A DNA stretch of 46,905 nt from Candidatus Acutalibacter ornithocaccae. GTDB taxonomy: Bacteria; Bacillota; Clostridia; Oscillospirales; Acutalibacteraceae. Both the position numbers and the translations under genes were made by a program. This document shows positions 9,991-18,488 of the stretch, one piece after another. Under the pieces are notes generated by a model. It was not told the origin of the DNA. It did not search any database and saw only the letters and a list, made by a program, of their open reading frames with translations. Positions within the stretch are counted from its first letter, which is position 1. Each line of letters starts with the position of its first letter. The stretch covers positions 1 to 46,905 of the forward strand of contig DWXZ01000130.1 in assembly GCA_019118965.1 (NCBI GenBank), read 5' to 3'.

Positions 9991-11115
9991 ATGGAATTTT
10001 CAATGAATATCACGCTGGAAAACCTCACCAAGCGGTTCCCGGCCCGGGGCAGAAAGGCCCAGGGCGAAGTGACCGCCGTGGAGGATTTGACCTTTGAAAT
10101 CCCAGACGGCATGCTGGTGGGGCTGCTGGGGCCCTCTGGCTGTGGGAAATCCACCACGCTGAACATGATTTGCGGACTGGAGACGCCTACCTCCGGCAAA
10201 ATCTTCTTTGGGGAGGAGGACGTGACCGCCCTGGCCCCCGAGCTGCGCGGGGTGGGCATGGTGTTCCAAAACTATGCCCTGTACCCCCATTTGACGGTGA
10301 TGCAGAACATCCTGTTCCCGCTGGAGAATTTAAAGGGCAAGGAGCGGCCCTCCCGCCAGGAGATGCGCCGCCGCGCCCTGGAAACCGCCAAGCTGGTGCA
10401 GATCGAGGAGCTTTTGGAGCGCAAGCCCCGGGAGCTTTCCGGCGGCCAGCAGCAGCGGGTGGCCATCGCCCGGGCCCTGGTGAAGATGCCCCGGGTGCTT
10501 TTGCTGGACGAGCCCCTCTCCAATCTGGACGCCCGGCTGCGGCTGCAAACCCGGGAGGAGATTGTGAAAATCCAAAAGCGCACCGGCATTACCACCTTGT
10601 TTGTCACCCACGACCAGGAGGAGGCCATGAGCATCTCCGACCGGATTGTGGTGATGCGCAACGGCCTACTGATGCAGCAGGGCGCCCCCCAGCAGGTCTA
10701 CGACGACCCCCAGAACCTGTTTGTGGCGAAATTCTTGGGCACGCCGCCCATCAACGTGTTTGAGGGCGAAGTGAAGGGCGGCGTCCTCCAGCTGGGCGGC
10801 CAGCCTGCCATGGATGTGCCCGGCGCCCCGGACGGCAAGGTCTTTGTGGGCATCCGCCCCGAGGGCTTTGAGCCGGACCCGGCGGGGGCTGTCACCTGCG
10901 GCCTGGACCGGGTGGAGGTGCTGGGCCGCGACACCAGCATGGTGTGCACCCATCCCGCCTGCCAGGCCGCCAGCCTGCGGGCCATTGTCCCCTCCGGCCA
11001 GGAGGCGGACCCCCGCAGCGCCACGGTGCGCTTCCGCCTGCGGCCGGACAAGGTCTTTCTGTTCCACCGGGAGACGGAAGAACGCGTCCCCTTTGACACC
11101 ACGGCCAAGGCCTAA
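9991..11115 (+). CDS. CUT1 ABC transporter ATP-binding subunit (MalK/UgpC-like); start may be 10003
   Basis: Walker A GPSGCGKST, VFQNYALYPH, LSGGQQQRVA, LLLDEPLSNLD, VTHDQEEA. Confidence 0.93.
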   Translation: MEFSMNITLENLTKRFPARGRKAQGEVTAVEDLTFEIPDGMLVGLLGPSGCGKSTTLNMICGLETPTSGKIFFGEEDVTALAPELRGVGMVFQNYALYPHLTVMQNILFPLENLKGKERPSRQEMRRRALETAKLVQIEELLERKPRELSGGQQQRVAIARALVKMPRVLLLDEPLSNLDARLRLQTREEIVKIQKRTGITTLFVTHDQEEAMSISDRIVVMRNGLLMQQGAPQQVYDDPQNLFVAKFLGTPPINVFEGEVKGGVLQLGGQPAMDVPGAPDGKVFVGIRPEGFEPDPAGAVTCGLDRVEVLGRDTSMVCTHPACQAASLRAIVPSGQEADPRSATVRFRLRPDKVFLFHRETEERVPFDTTAKA

Positions 11116-11139
11116 AGCTGGGAAGGAAGGGAAGATTCC

Positions 11140-12030
11140 ATGGACCGCAACTCGAAAAAAGCCTGGCTGTACCTGCTGCCTGCGCTGGTGCTGCTGGGGC
11201 TGTTCTTAATCTACCCGCTGGTGGACGTGCTGATGTACTCGGTGGAGGAGTGCTACAACTTCGCCTCCCAAACCTATCAGGGAATTGGCTTGTACAACTA
11301 CTCCTATGTACTCCACGACCCCTATTTCCTCCAGGCGGTGGAGAACACCTTTGTGCTGGTGATTATCACCGTGCCCACCTCCACGGTGCTGGCCATTGTG
11401 ATAGCCACGGCCCTTTCCTCCATAAAGCCGCTGCGGCAGCTGTTCCAGACCATCTACTTTCTGCCCTATGTGACAAACACCCTGGCGGTGGGGCTGGTGT
11501 TTATGGTGCTGTTCCAGCGCACGGAGTACACCGACGGCCTGATTAACCTGATGCTGGCCTGGTTTGGCGCCGGGCCCATCGACTTTATCAACGGCCCCCA
11601 CTGGGCCAAGATGTTCGTGCTGTGCTTTTACACCATCTGGGTGGTGCTGCCCTTTAAGATTCTGGTGCTCACCAGCGCTTTGGCCTCGGTCAACGACGAG
11701 TACTACAAGGCCGCCCGGGTGGACGGCACCTCCCGCACACGGACCTTCTTCCGCATTACGCTGCCCATGATTTCCCCCATGATTGTCTACCTGGTCATCA
11801 CGGGCTTTATCGGCGCTTTCAAGGCCTACAGCGACGCGGTGGCCCTGTTCGGCACGGATTTGAACGCCGCGGGGATGAACACCATTGTGGGCTATGTCTA
11901 CGACATGCTCTACGGCGACAGCGGCGGCTACCCCTCTTACGCCTCGGCGGCGGCCATCATCCTGTTCGTCATTGTGCTGACCATCACCTGCATCAACCTG
12001 CTTGTCACCCGCAAGCGGGCCACGGACTGA
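11140..12030 (+). CDS. CUT1 ABC transporter permease (UgpA/MalF-like)
   Basis: Multiple TM helices; EAA-like loop YYKAARVDGTS. Confidence 0.9.
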   Translation: MDRNSKKAWLYLLPALVLLGLFLIYPLVDVLMYSVEECYNFASQTYQGIGLYNYSYVLHDPYFLQAVENTFVLVIITVPTSTVLAIVIATALSSIKPLRQLFQTIYFLPYVTNTLAVGLVFMVLFQRTEYTDGLINLMLAWFGAGPIDFINGPHWAKMFVLCFYTIWVVLPFKILVLTSALASVNDEYYKAARVDGTSRTRTFFRITLPMISPMIVYLVITGFIGAFKAYSDAVALFGTDLNAAGMNTIVGYVYDMLYGDSGGYPSYASAAAIILFVIVLTITCINLLVTRKRATD

Positions 12031-12044
12031 AAGAAGGTGCCCCT

Positions 12045-12920
12045 GTGGAAGCGAAAACCGACCTGGAAAAAAAGGAGAAGACCATCCAGCGGAAAAACGG
12101 CCTGCTTACCGCCCTGACCTACCTGCTGCTGAGCATTTGGGCGGTGGTGGTGCTGTTCCCCTTCTACTGGATGGTGCTCACCTCTTTTAAGAGCTACGGC
12201 GCCTACAACGGGGAGCGCACCCCGGTGTTCTTCACCCTCTCCCCCACCCTGGAAAACTATGAGAACGCCTTTACGGCGGTGCCCCTGCTGGGCTACCTGC
12301 TGAACACCCTTATCTTCTCTGTCATCACCACGGCGGCCATGGTGGTGGTGAGCACCTTGGCGGCCTACGCCTTTGCCCGGCTGAAGTTTAAGGGGAAGAA
12401 CCTGGTGTTTGGGCTGTTCCTCTCCATGATGATGATTCCCACGGAGCTGGTGGTCATCACCAACTTTGTCACCATCACCAACTGGGACATGCGCAACAGC
12501 TTTTTGGGGCTGATTCTGCCCTCTATCACCTCGGTGTTTTACATTTACCTGCTGAAGGAGAACTTTGAGCAGGTGCCCGAGGAGCTGTACAAGGCTGCCA
12601 AGGTGGACGGCACCTCGGACTTGAAGTACCTGTGGAAAGTGATGATTCCCATCTGCAAGCCCACGCTGGTGACCATCACCATCTTAAAGCTGATTGAGTG
12701 CTGGAACTCCTACGTGTGGCCCAGGCTCATCACCGACGACCCAGCCTATTACCTGGTGTCCAACGGCATTCAGGAGATACGGGAAAACGGCTTTGGCCGG
12801 GAGAACATCCCCGCCATGATGGCCGCGGTGGTGGTCATCTCCGTGCCGCTGATTCTGCTGTTTCTGGCCTTCCGCAAGAAGATCATGGAGGGCGTTTCCC
12901 AAGGAGGGACCAAAGGATGA
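12045..12920 (+). CDS. CUT1 ABC transporter permease (UgpE/MalG-like)
   Basis: PFYWMVLTSFK, AAYAFARLKFKGK, ELYKAAKVDG, WNSYVWP; GTG start. Confidence 0.9.
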   Translation: MEAKTDLEKKEKTIQRKNGLLTALTYLLLSIWAVVVLFPFYWMVLTSFKSYGAYNGERTPVFFTLSPTLENYENAFTAVPLLGYLLNTLIFSVITTAAMVVVSTLAAYAFARLKFKGKNLVFGLFLSMMMIPTELVVITNFVTITNWDMRNSFLGLILPSITSVFYIYLLKENFEQVPEELYKAAKVDGTSDLKYLWKVMIPICKPTLVTITILKLIECWNSYVWPRLITDDPAYYLVSNGIQEIRENGFGRENIPAMMAAVVVISVPLILLFLAFRKKIMEGVSQGGTKG

Positions 12921-14518
12921 GAAACAAATGCCTTTGCCTGGCGCTGGCGGTGCTGCTGTGCTTCTCTTTGGCGGGCTGCCACGGCAGCCAGGAGCGGGCG
13001 GCCTTTACCGTGCCCGACAGCCTTTCCCAGGACAACTATGAAATCACCTTCTGGGCGAAAAACGACACCAACAAGCTCCAGACGGACATCTACCGCCAGG
13101 CCATTGCGGAGTTCCAAGGGCTGTACCCCAACGTCACCGTGAACCTGCGGCTGTACACCGACTACGGCGACATCTACAACGACGTTATCACCAACATCTC
13201 CACCGGCACCACCCCCAACGTGTGCATCACCTACCCGGACCACATCGCCACCTACCTCACCGGCGACAACGTGGTGGTGCCCCTGGACGGCTTATTCACC
13301 GACCCCCGCTACGGCCTGGGGGGCAGCGAGGTGCTCTTTGACGCCCCCACCCAAGAGGAGCTTGTGCCCCAGTTTTTGCGGGAGTGCAGCCTAAACGGCC
13401 ACACCTACGCCGTGCCCTATATGCGCTCCACCGAGGCCTGCTACGTGAACAAAGACATGGTGGAGGCCTTGGGCTTCACTCTGCCCGAGACGCTGACCTG
13501 GGACTTTGTGTGGGAAGTCAGCGAAGCCGCGGCGGCCACCTTGGGGGCGGACGGCGTCTACGGCGCCAACGGCCAGGAGGTGCTCATCCCCTTCATCTAC
13601 AAGTCCACGGACAACATGATGATTCAGATGCTGCAGCAGCTGGGGGCGGGGTACTCCAACGCCTCGGGGGAAATCCAGCTGTTCAACGACACCACCACCG
13701 GCCTGCTGCTGGACATTGCCAGCCACGCCGCCAGCGGGGCCTTCTCCACCTTTAAAATCTCCAGCTACCCGGCCAACTTCTTAAACGCCGGGCAGTGCAT
13801 CTTCGCCATCGACTCCACCGCCGGCGCCACCTGGATGGGCACCAACGCCCCCCTGGTAGACATTGCCGAGGAGGAGATCATCGACTTTGAAACCGAAGTG
13901 ATGATGGTGCCCCAGTTTGACCCGGAGCATCCCCAGATGATTTCCCAGGGGCCCTCCATCTGCATCTTCAACAAGGAGGACCCCCAGGAGGTGCTGTACT
14001 CCTGGCTGTTCACCCAGTACCTGCTGACCGACGGCATTCAGATTGCCTACTCCCAGACAGAGGGCTATGTGCCGGTGACCACCAGCGCCCAGGAGAGCCC
14101 GGAATACCAGGACTACCTGGCCCGGGCGGGGGAGGACAACGACACCTATTACCAGGTGAAGATTGACGCGGCCAAGCTGCTGCTGGACAACCTGGACAAC
14201 ACCTTTACCACCCCGGTGTTCAACGGTTCCACCTCTTTGCGGGACGCGGCGGGCCAGCTGATCGAGGACGTGACCAAGGCCGAGCGCCGCCACCAGGAGG
14301 TGAGCGAGGAGAGCATCCAGCAGCTGTACGCGGACACCACCGCCCTGTACCACCTGGACAGCACCTCCGCCACCGGCGGGGGCAAAACCGAGCTGGGCCC
14401 CCTGCCCTCCACCGCTGTGGCACTGCTGGCCGTTCTGGCCGCCGCCTGGGTGCTGCTTTTGGCCTACGCGCTGGGCCGCTGGCTGCGGGGCAAAAGGAAG
14501 AAGAATCCACCTGCATAA
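12917..14518 (+). CDS. Extracellular solute-binding lipoprotein (family 1-like) with an extra C-terminal transmembrane anchor
   Basis: ATGA overlap with the permease stop; lipobox LAGC; EITFW, PNVCITYPDHIATY, AVPYMRSTEACYVNKD, QGPSICIF, TEGYVPV; ends LPSTA-hydrophobic-RWLRGKRKK. Confidence 0.85.
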   Translation: MRNKCLCLALAVLLCFSLAGCHGSQERAAFTVPDSLSQDNYEITFWAKNDTNKLQTDIYRQAIAEFQGLYPNVTVNLRLYTDYGDIYNDVITNISTGTTPNVCITYPDHIATYLTGDNVVVPLDGLFTDPRYGLGGSEVLFDAPTQEELVPQFLRECSLNGHTYAVPYMRSTEACYVNKDMVEALGFTLPETLTWDFVWEVSEAAAATLGADGVYGANGQEVLIPFIYKSTDNMMIQMLQQLGAGYSNASGEIQLFNDTTTGLLLDIASHAASGAFSTFKISSYPANFLNAGQCIFAIDSTAGATWMGTNAPLVDIAEEEIIDFETEVMMVPQFDPEHPQMISQGPSICIFNKEDPQEVLYSWLFTQYLLTDGIQIAYSQTEGYVPVTTSAQESPEYQDYLARAGEDNDTYYQVKIDAAKLLLDNLDNTFTTPVFNGSTSLRDAAGQLIEDVTKAERRHQEVSEESIQQLYADTTALYHLDSTSATGGGKTELGPLPSTAVALLAVLAAAWVLLLAYALGRWLRGKRKKNPPA

Positions 14519-14523
14519 ACCGG

Positions 14524-14549
14524 AAGGCGCTGGAAAAGCGCCTTTTGTT
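14524..14549 (+). terminator. Terminator after the solute-binding protein gene
   Basis: AAGGCGCT-GGAAA-AGCGCCTT followed by TTGTT. Confidence 0.65.
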
Positions 14550-14575
14550 AAATCCTCCGCATTTTGGCATTTTCA

Positions 14576-14604
14576 TTGACTTTTCCATGGATACGCAGTA
14601 TAAT
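14576..14604 (+). promoter_or_regulatory. Sigma-A promoter of the lipoprotein gene
   Basis: TTGACT-17 bp-TATAAT. Confidence 0.75.
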
Positions 14605-14704
14605 AGGCGCGTTTGAAAGCAGGGCGTTTCCCCCGGGCTTGGGGGCAGTTTGCCAAACCCAAGGGCACCCTACAAAAACGATGTATGCAAAGGAGAAAAC
14701 CGCT

Positions 14705-15568
14705 ATGAAGAAACTCATCGCCGCATTCCTTGCCCTGTGCCTGGCCTGCTCTATGGCTGCCTGCGCTGGCGGCACCACCTCTGAAAGCTCTACTGCTTCC
14801 ACCTCCTCCACCTCTTCCGAGAGCTCTGTGGCAGAGGAGAGCGTCGCCTCTGAGGAGCCCAGCTCCTCTGACGTGAGCGAGGCTTCCTCTGAGGGGAGCG
14901 ACACCGCCGAGGCCACTGTGCTGTCCCACGAGGAGTACATGGCCGCCGAGCTGGACACCGAGGTGACCATTCAGGCTTACGTACAGGCGAAGCAGTCCTA
15001 CTACGCCGAGCAGGGCACCGCCACTGTGTACCTGCAGGACCAGGACGGCGCTTACTTCGCCTATGACATGGCCTGCACCCAGGAAGAGTATGACGCCATG
15101 ACCGAGGGCACCTGCATCCAGGTGACTGGCTTTAAGAGCGAGTGGTCCGGCGAAATCGAGATCATGGACGGCCAGCTGGACCAGATTGTGGAGGGCGACA
15201 CCTTTGTGGCCGAGCCCCTGGACGCCACCGAGCTGCTGGGCACCGATGAGCTGGAGCAGCACCAGAACGAGAAGGTCAGCTTCACCGGCCTGACCGTGGC
15301 CCCCAGCACCGATGCCAACGGCAATGAGGCCGCTTTCCTGTACAATTACGACGGCTCCGGCACCCAGGGCGACGACGTGTACTTCAACGTCTCCTACAAC
15401 GGCCAGACCTACAGCTTTGTGGTGGAGTCCTACCTGTGCGGCAGCGACACCGAGGTGTACAAGGCTGTGGAGGCTCTGGAAGTGGGCCAGACCATCGACT
15501 GCGAGGGCTTCCTCTACTGGTATGAGGGCGCCAACCCCCACATCACCTCTGTGACTGTGGCTGCGTAA
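14705..15568 (+). CDS. Acidic lipoprotein with Ser/Glu linker and probably two OB-fold-like domains
   Basis: RBS AAGGAG; MKKLIAAFLALCLACSMAAC signal/lipobox; S/E-rich linker; VYLQDQDGAYFAY...GTCIQVTGFKSEWSGEIEI and ...LEVGQTIDCEGFLYWY resemble OB-fold strands. Confidence 0.75.
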   Translation: MKKLIAAFLALCLACSMAACAGGTTSESSTASTSSTSSESSVAEESVASEEPSSSDVSEASSEGSDTAEATVLSHEEYMAAELDTEVTIQAYVQAKQSYYAEQGTATVYLQDQDGAYFAYDMACTQEEYDAMTEGTCIQVTGFKSEWSGEIEIMDGQLDQIVEGDTFVAEPLDATELLGTDELEQHQNEKVSFTGLTVAPSTDANGNEAAFLYNYDGSGTQGDDVYFNVSYNGQTYSFVVESYLCGSDTEVYKAVEALEVGQTIDCEGFLYWYEGANPHITSVTVAA

Positions 15569-15588
15569 CACAATACCGGCAAACCCGG

Positions 15589-15660
15589 AAAAGCCCCTGG
15601 CGGCCTATGGCTGCCGGGGGCTTTTTTGCGCGCGAAAAGAGGCTGCCGCGGCAGCCTCTC
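15589..15660. terminator. Two back-to-back terminators between convergent genes
   Basis: AAAAGCCCCTGGCGGCC-TAT-GGCTGCCGGGGGCTTTTTT, and the perfect palindrome AGAGGCTGCCGCGGCAGCCTCT preceded by an A-run. Confidence 0.75.
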
Positions 15661-15680
15661 CGTTTTCTTTGTATGGGGTT

Positions 15681-17180
15681 TTAGCCCACCACGGCGCGGC
15701 GGTAATCGTAGCCGCGGTCGCCCTGGAAGGCGGCGGGAAGCAGCTGGAAGGACACCACGGCGTCCTCTTTCAGCCACAGCGTGAAGGACAGCTGGCCGTC
15801 CTCCGCGGTGAGGCGCTGGGTGGACACCAGGGGCTGGGCGCTCTCCTGGAGCAGGGCCGTCTGGGCGGCGGTGAGCTGGCGGGGCTCGCCCAGGTCATGC
15901 CACACCTTCAAGGGGTTGGCGTGGTCCTCGTCCACGGTCTTGGTGAGCAGGCACCACTCCCCCTGGGCCGGGAGGGTGAAGGTGAGGGAAGTCTCCCCCT
16001 TCGTCTCCTGGGACATGTTCCAGGCCACACCGGCCACGGTGCCATCCGGACGCTGGACCGCCACGGCCTCCCGGTTGCGCAGCAGGCACTGGCCCTGGAG
16101 CTCCTTGAAGAAGGCGAACGTCCAGAAGGTGGGCTTGGGAATACACCCATTGGCCACCAGGCCAAAGCCGCCGTGGAAGGGGGTGAAGGGCACGCCCTTC
16201 TCCTCGAACACGTCGCCGAAGGTCCAGTAGGAGTAGGACTCGTTCATCTCCCCCAGACAGGCCAGCAGCCGGGCGATGTAGGCGGCGTTGCGGGTGGTGT
16301 CGTGGACAGGGCTGTCCGGCGAGTAAGAGGTGTTAAACTCTGTGATGTGCATGGGCAGGCCCTTGTACTCCGGGTAGCTGTCGATGATTTCCCGGGAGCG
16401 GCGCAGCTCCTCCAGGCTAATTTCGGGGTCGCGCAGGCCGCCGTAGCTGTAGCGGCCCACAAACTCGGGGTCGTCGAAGGTGTAGAAGTGGCGGGTGACA
16501 AAGTCCAGGGGCAGGCTGTTCTGGTGGCAGTACTCCATAAAGTCCTGCATCCACTCCACGTCCTTTACGCCGCAGATGGCCGGGCCGCCCACGGTGAAGC
16601 GGCTGTCCACCTCTTTCACGGCGGCGATGGTCTCGGAGAACAGGCGGAAGTACTCCTCTTTGTCGGCGCCCTTCCAGAAGCCGGGCAGGTTGGGCTCGTT
16701 CCACACCTCCAGGGGCCAGGCCAGGGCGTCCTGGCCGTAGCGCTCCAGCAGGTGGCGCAGCAATGCCTGGACCAAGGCGCGCCACTGGGCGTAGTCCTTG
16801 GGCGGGGTGGTGTTGCCCTTCCAGTAGAACACGGTCTGGTCGCCGGAGGCCATCTTCTCAGGCATAAAGCCCAGCTCCAGGAAGGGGCGCAGGCCCAGCT
16901 CCTGGTAGCTGTCCAGCACGCGGTCCAGGTAGGTGAAGTTGTATTCCGTTACCGTCTCCCCCTGGGCGTTTTTGTACTCCTGGTAGATGGCCATGTCGTC
17001 GCAGAACAGGCCGTGGCCCCGGATGTGGGAAAAGCCGATGTGCTCTTGCACCAGCTTCAGCTGGTCGTAATACTCCTTGTGCAGGGCCAGGCCCATGCGG
17101 CCGGTGCCGATGCAGTAATCGGCCTGGTTGTAGAACTTCTCCCCGCAGTCCGGGGAGAGGGCGTAGGTTCTCTCTGTCAT
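15681..17180 (-). CDS. xynB: GH39 beta-xylosidase
   Basis: CIGTGR, IRGHGLFCDDM, YNFTYLD, PFLELGFMP, EVWNEPN (acid/base), HITEFN (nucleophile), SYWTFGDVFEE, PKPTFW. Confidence 0.9.
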   Translation of the reverse strand: MTERTYALSPDCGEKFYNQADYCIGTGRMGLALHKEYYDQLKLVQEHIGFSHIRGHGLFCDDMAIYQEYKNAQGETVTEYNFTYLDRVLDSYQELGLRPFLELGFMPEKMASGDQTVFYWKGNTTPPKDYAQWRALVQALLRHLLERYGQDALAWPLEVWNEPNLPGFWKGADKEEYFRLFSETIAAVKEVDSRFTVGGPAICGVKDVEWMQDFMEYCHQNSLPLDFVTRHFYTFDDPEFVGRYSYGGLRDPEISLEELRRSREIIDSYPEYKGLPMHITEFNTSYSPDSPVHDTTRNAAYIARLLACLGEMNESYSYWTFGDVFEEKGVPFTPFHGGFGLVANGCIPKPTFWTFAFFKELQGQCLLRNREAVAVQRPDGTVAGVAWNMSQETKGETSLTFTLPAQGEWCLLTKTVDEDHANPLKVWHDLGEPRQLTAAQTALLQESAQPLVSTQRLTAEDGQLSFTLWLKEDAVVSFQLLPAAFQGDRGYDYRRAVVG

Positions 17181-17203
17181 AGCGAAATCCTCCTCGTGAT
17201 GGT

Positions 17204-18352
17204 TTACCAGATGCGGTACTTCCCGCTGAGCGCCAGCAAGGCGAAGAAGTACAGGCAGTTGTCATAGTAGCGGCGGTCCCCCTGGCGCAGGGGCGTCTCC
17301 CAGAAGCGGCGGACCCACTCCTGGGCGTAGGGGCCATCGCTGGCCAGGGAGGCCTCGGCCAAGGTGGCCAGCAGGCCCACGGGATGCAGCGCTTTCCAGC
17401 CCGGAACGGGGGTGCCGTCGATGAGGAACACGCCCTCGATGGAGCCCTTTTGCTCCTCGCTGAAGAACCGCTGGATGTTGGCGGCAATGGTGCGCTGGCC
17501 TTCGTCCGCGGCGAACCAGGCGTAGTCCAGGCCGATGTTGGCGGCGGTGCGGTAGGCGTCGCTGTAGAACCAGTCGTGGCGGCCGCCGTACTGGCCGGGC
17601 GGGGTCACCTGGGGGGCGCCGTCAAAGGCGGCGTACTCGGCGCACAGGCCTGTCTTGGGGTGGCAGGCCTTGTGGAGATACTCCCGGCTGGCCTTGGCAG
17701 CGGCCTCCCAGAAGGGCCTGTCCTCCTCGTCGGCCCACAGGGCGAACAGCTGGTAGAAATGGGGCAGGTGGTAGGAGGGGTCGGAGAAATCCTGCTCCGC
17801 CACAAAGCGGATGAGCTTGTTCTCCGGGTCCCACATGGCCCGCCCTGTGCCGGGGGCTTCCCCCTTGTGGACGCAGTCGTGGAGAAGCTTTCTGGCCTCT
17901 TGGGAATAGGCGAAGATGCCCTCCCCATCGCCCCACCGGTGGGAGGCGAAAAACAGCGCCATGGCAAAGTACTCCTCCCCGTCCGGGGCGGCGCCCCAGG
18001 CGTTTTTGGTGCCGTCTGTCTGGCAGGACCAGGCAAAGTAGCCGGCGTTCTCCCCCTCTGTCATGTACATGTAGGTTTTGGCCCACTTCCAAATGCGGTC
18101 GAACTCCTCTTTTCTGTCCATCTGCACGCACATCATCATGCCGTAGGACATACCCTCGGTGCGGGCGTCGTGGTTGCCGGTGTCCTCCAGGTAGCCCATG
18201 TCCTCCCCGGCGGGGTGGTAGAACCGCTGGTCGTCAGGGCCGTAGAAGATGGTCTGGAAGGCCTCCTCCACCTTGCGGTCGATGTCCTCCTGGGAATAGC
18301 CGCACTGGGCGAACAGGTTGCGGTATTCCTTGGCGGCAAACGCTCCTTGCAT
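17204..18352 (-). CDS. GH8 reducing-end xylose-releasing exo-oligoxylanase (Rex-like)
   Basis: YRNLF, DTGNHDARTEGMSYGMM, GYFAWS, APDGEEYFAMALFFASHRWG, SDPSYHLPHFY, YSDAYR, RRYYDNCLYFFALLALSG; no signal peptide; start after GGAAGGAG. Confidence 0.88.
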   Translation of the reverse strand: MQGAFAAKEYRNLFAQCGYSQEDIDRKVEEAFQTIFYGPDDQRFYHPAGEDMGYLEDTGNHDARTEGMSYGMMMCVQMDRKEEFDRIWKWAKTYMYMTEGENAGYFAWSCQTDGTKNAWGAAPDGEEYFAMALFFASHRWGDGEGIFAYSQEARKLLHDCVHKGEAPGTGRAMWDPENKLIRFVAEQDFSDPSYHLPHFYQLFALWADEEDRPFWEAAAKASREYLHKACHPKTGLCAEYAAFDGAPQVTPPGQYGGRHDWFYSDAYRTAANIGLDYAWFAADEGQRTIAANIQRFFSEEQKGSIEGVFLIDGTPVPGWKALHPVGLLATLAEASLASDGPYAQEWVRRFWETPLRQGDRRYYDNCLYFFALLALSGKYRIW

Positions 18353-18407
18353 GTTGTCAACACTCCTTCCCTTTGGGAAGCCTGTTTCGGCGGCTTCCAC
18401 CTTGTGC

Positions 18408-18436
18408 ATTATAGGCCCTATCGGGCGGATTGTCAA
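18408..18436 (-). promoter_or_regulatory. Consensus sigma-A promoter of the GH8-GH39 operon
   Basis: TTGACA-17 bp-TATAAT on the minus strand. Confidence 0.8.
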
Positions 18437-18441
18437 ATAGG

Positions 18442-18470
18442 AAAAGGGCCGCCGCGAAAGGCGGCAGCCC
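18442..18470 (-). terminator. Terminator after the SLH gene; copy 1 of a 29 bp repeat
   Basis: AAAAGGGCCGCCGCGAAAGGCGGCAGCCC; hairpin with T-run on the minus strand. Confidence 0.75.
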
Positions 18471-18488
18471 TTTTCCGTAAAACTGGGT

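Noticed and set aside
14611-14700. Hairpin CTTGGG-GGCAGTTTGCC-AAA-CCCAAG in the lipoprotein leader
   Set aside because: No terminator or RBS-sequestering partner and no recognisable riboswitch core; probably a stabilising stem
14770-14910. Ser/Glu/Thr-rich quasi-repeats in the lipoprotein
   Set aside because: Ordinary flexible linker, not a DNA repeat array
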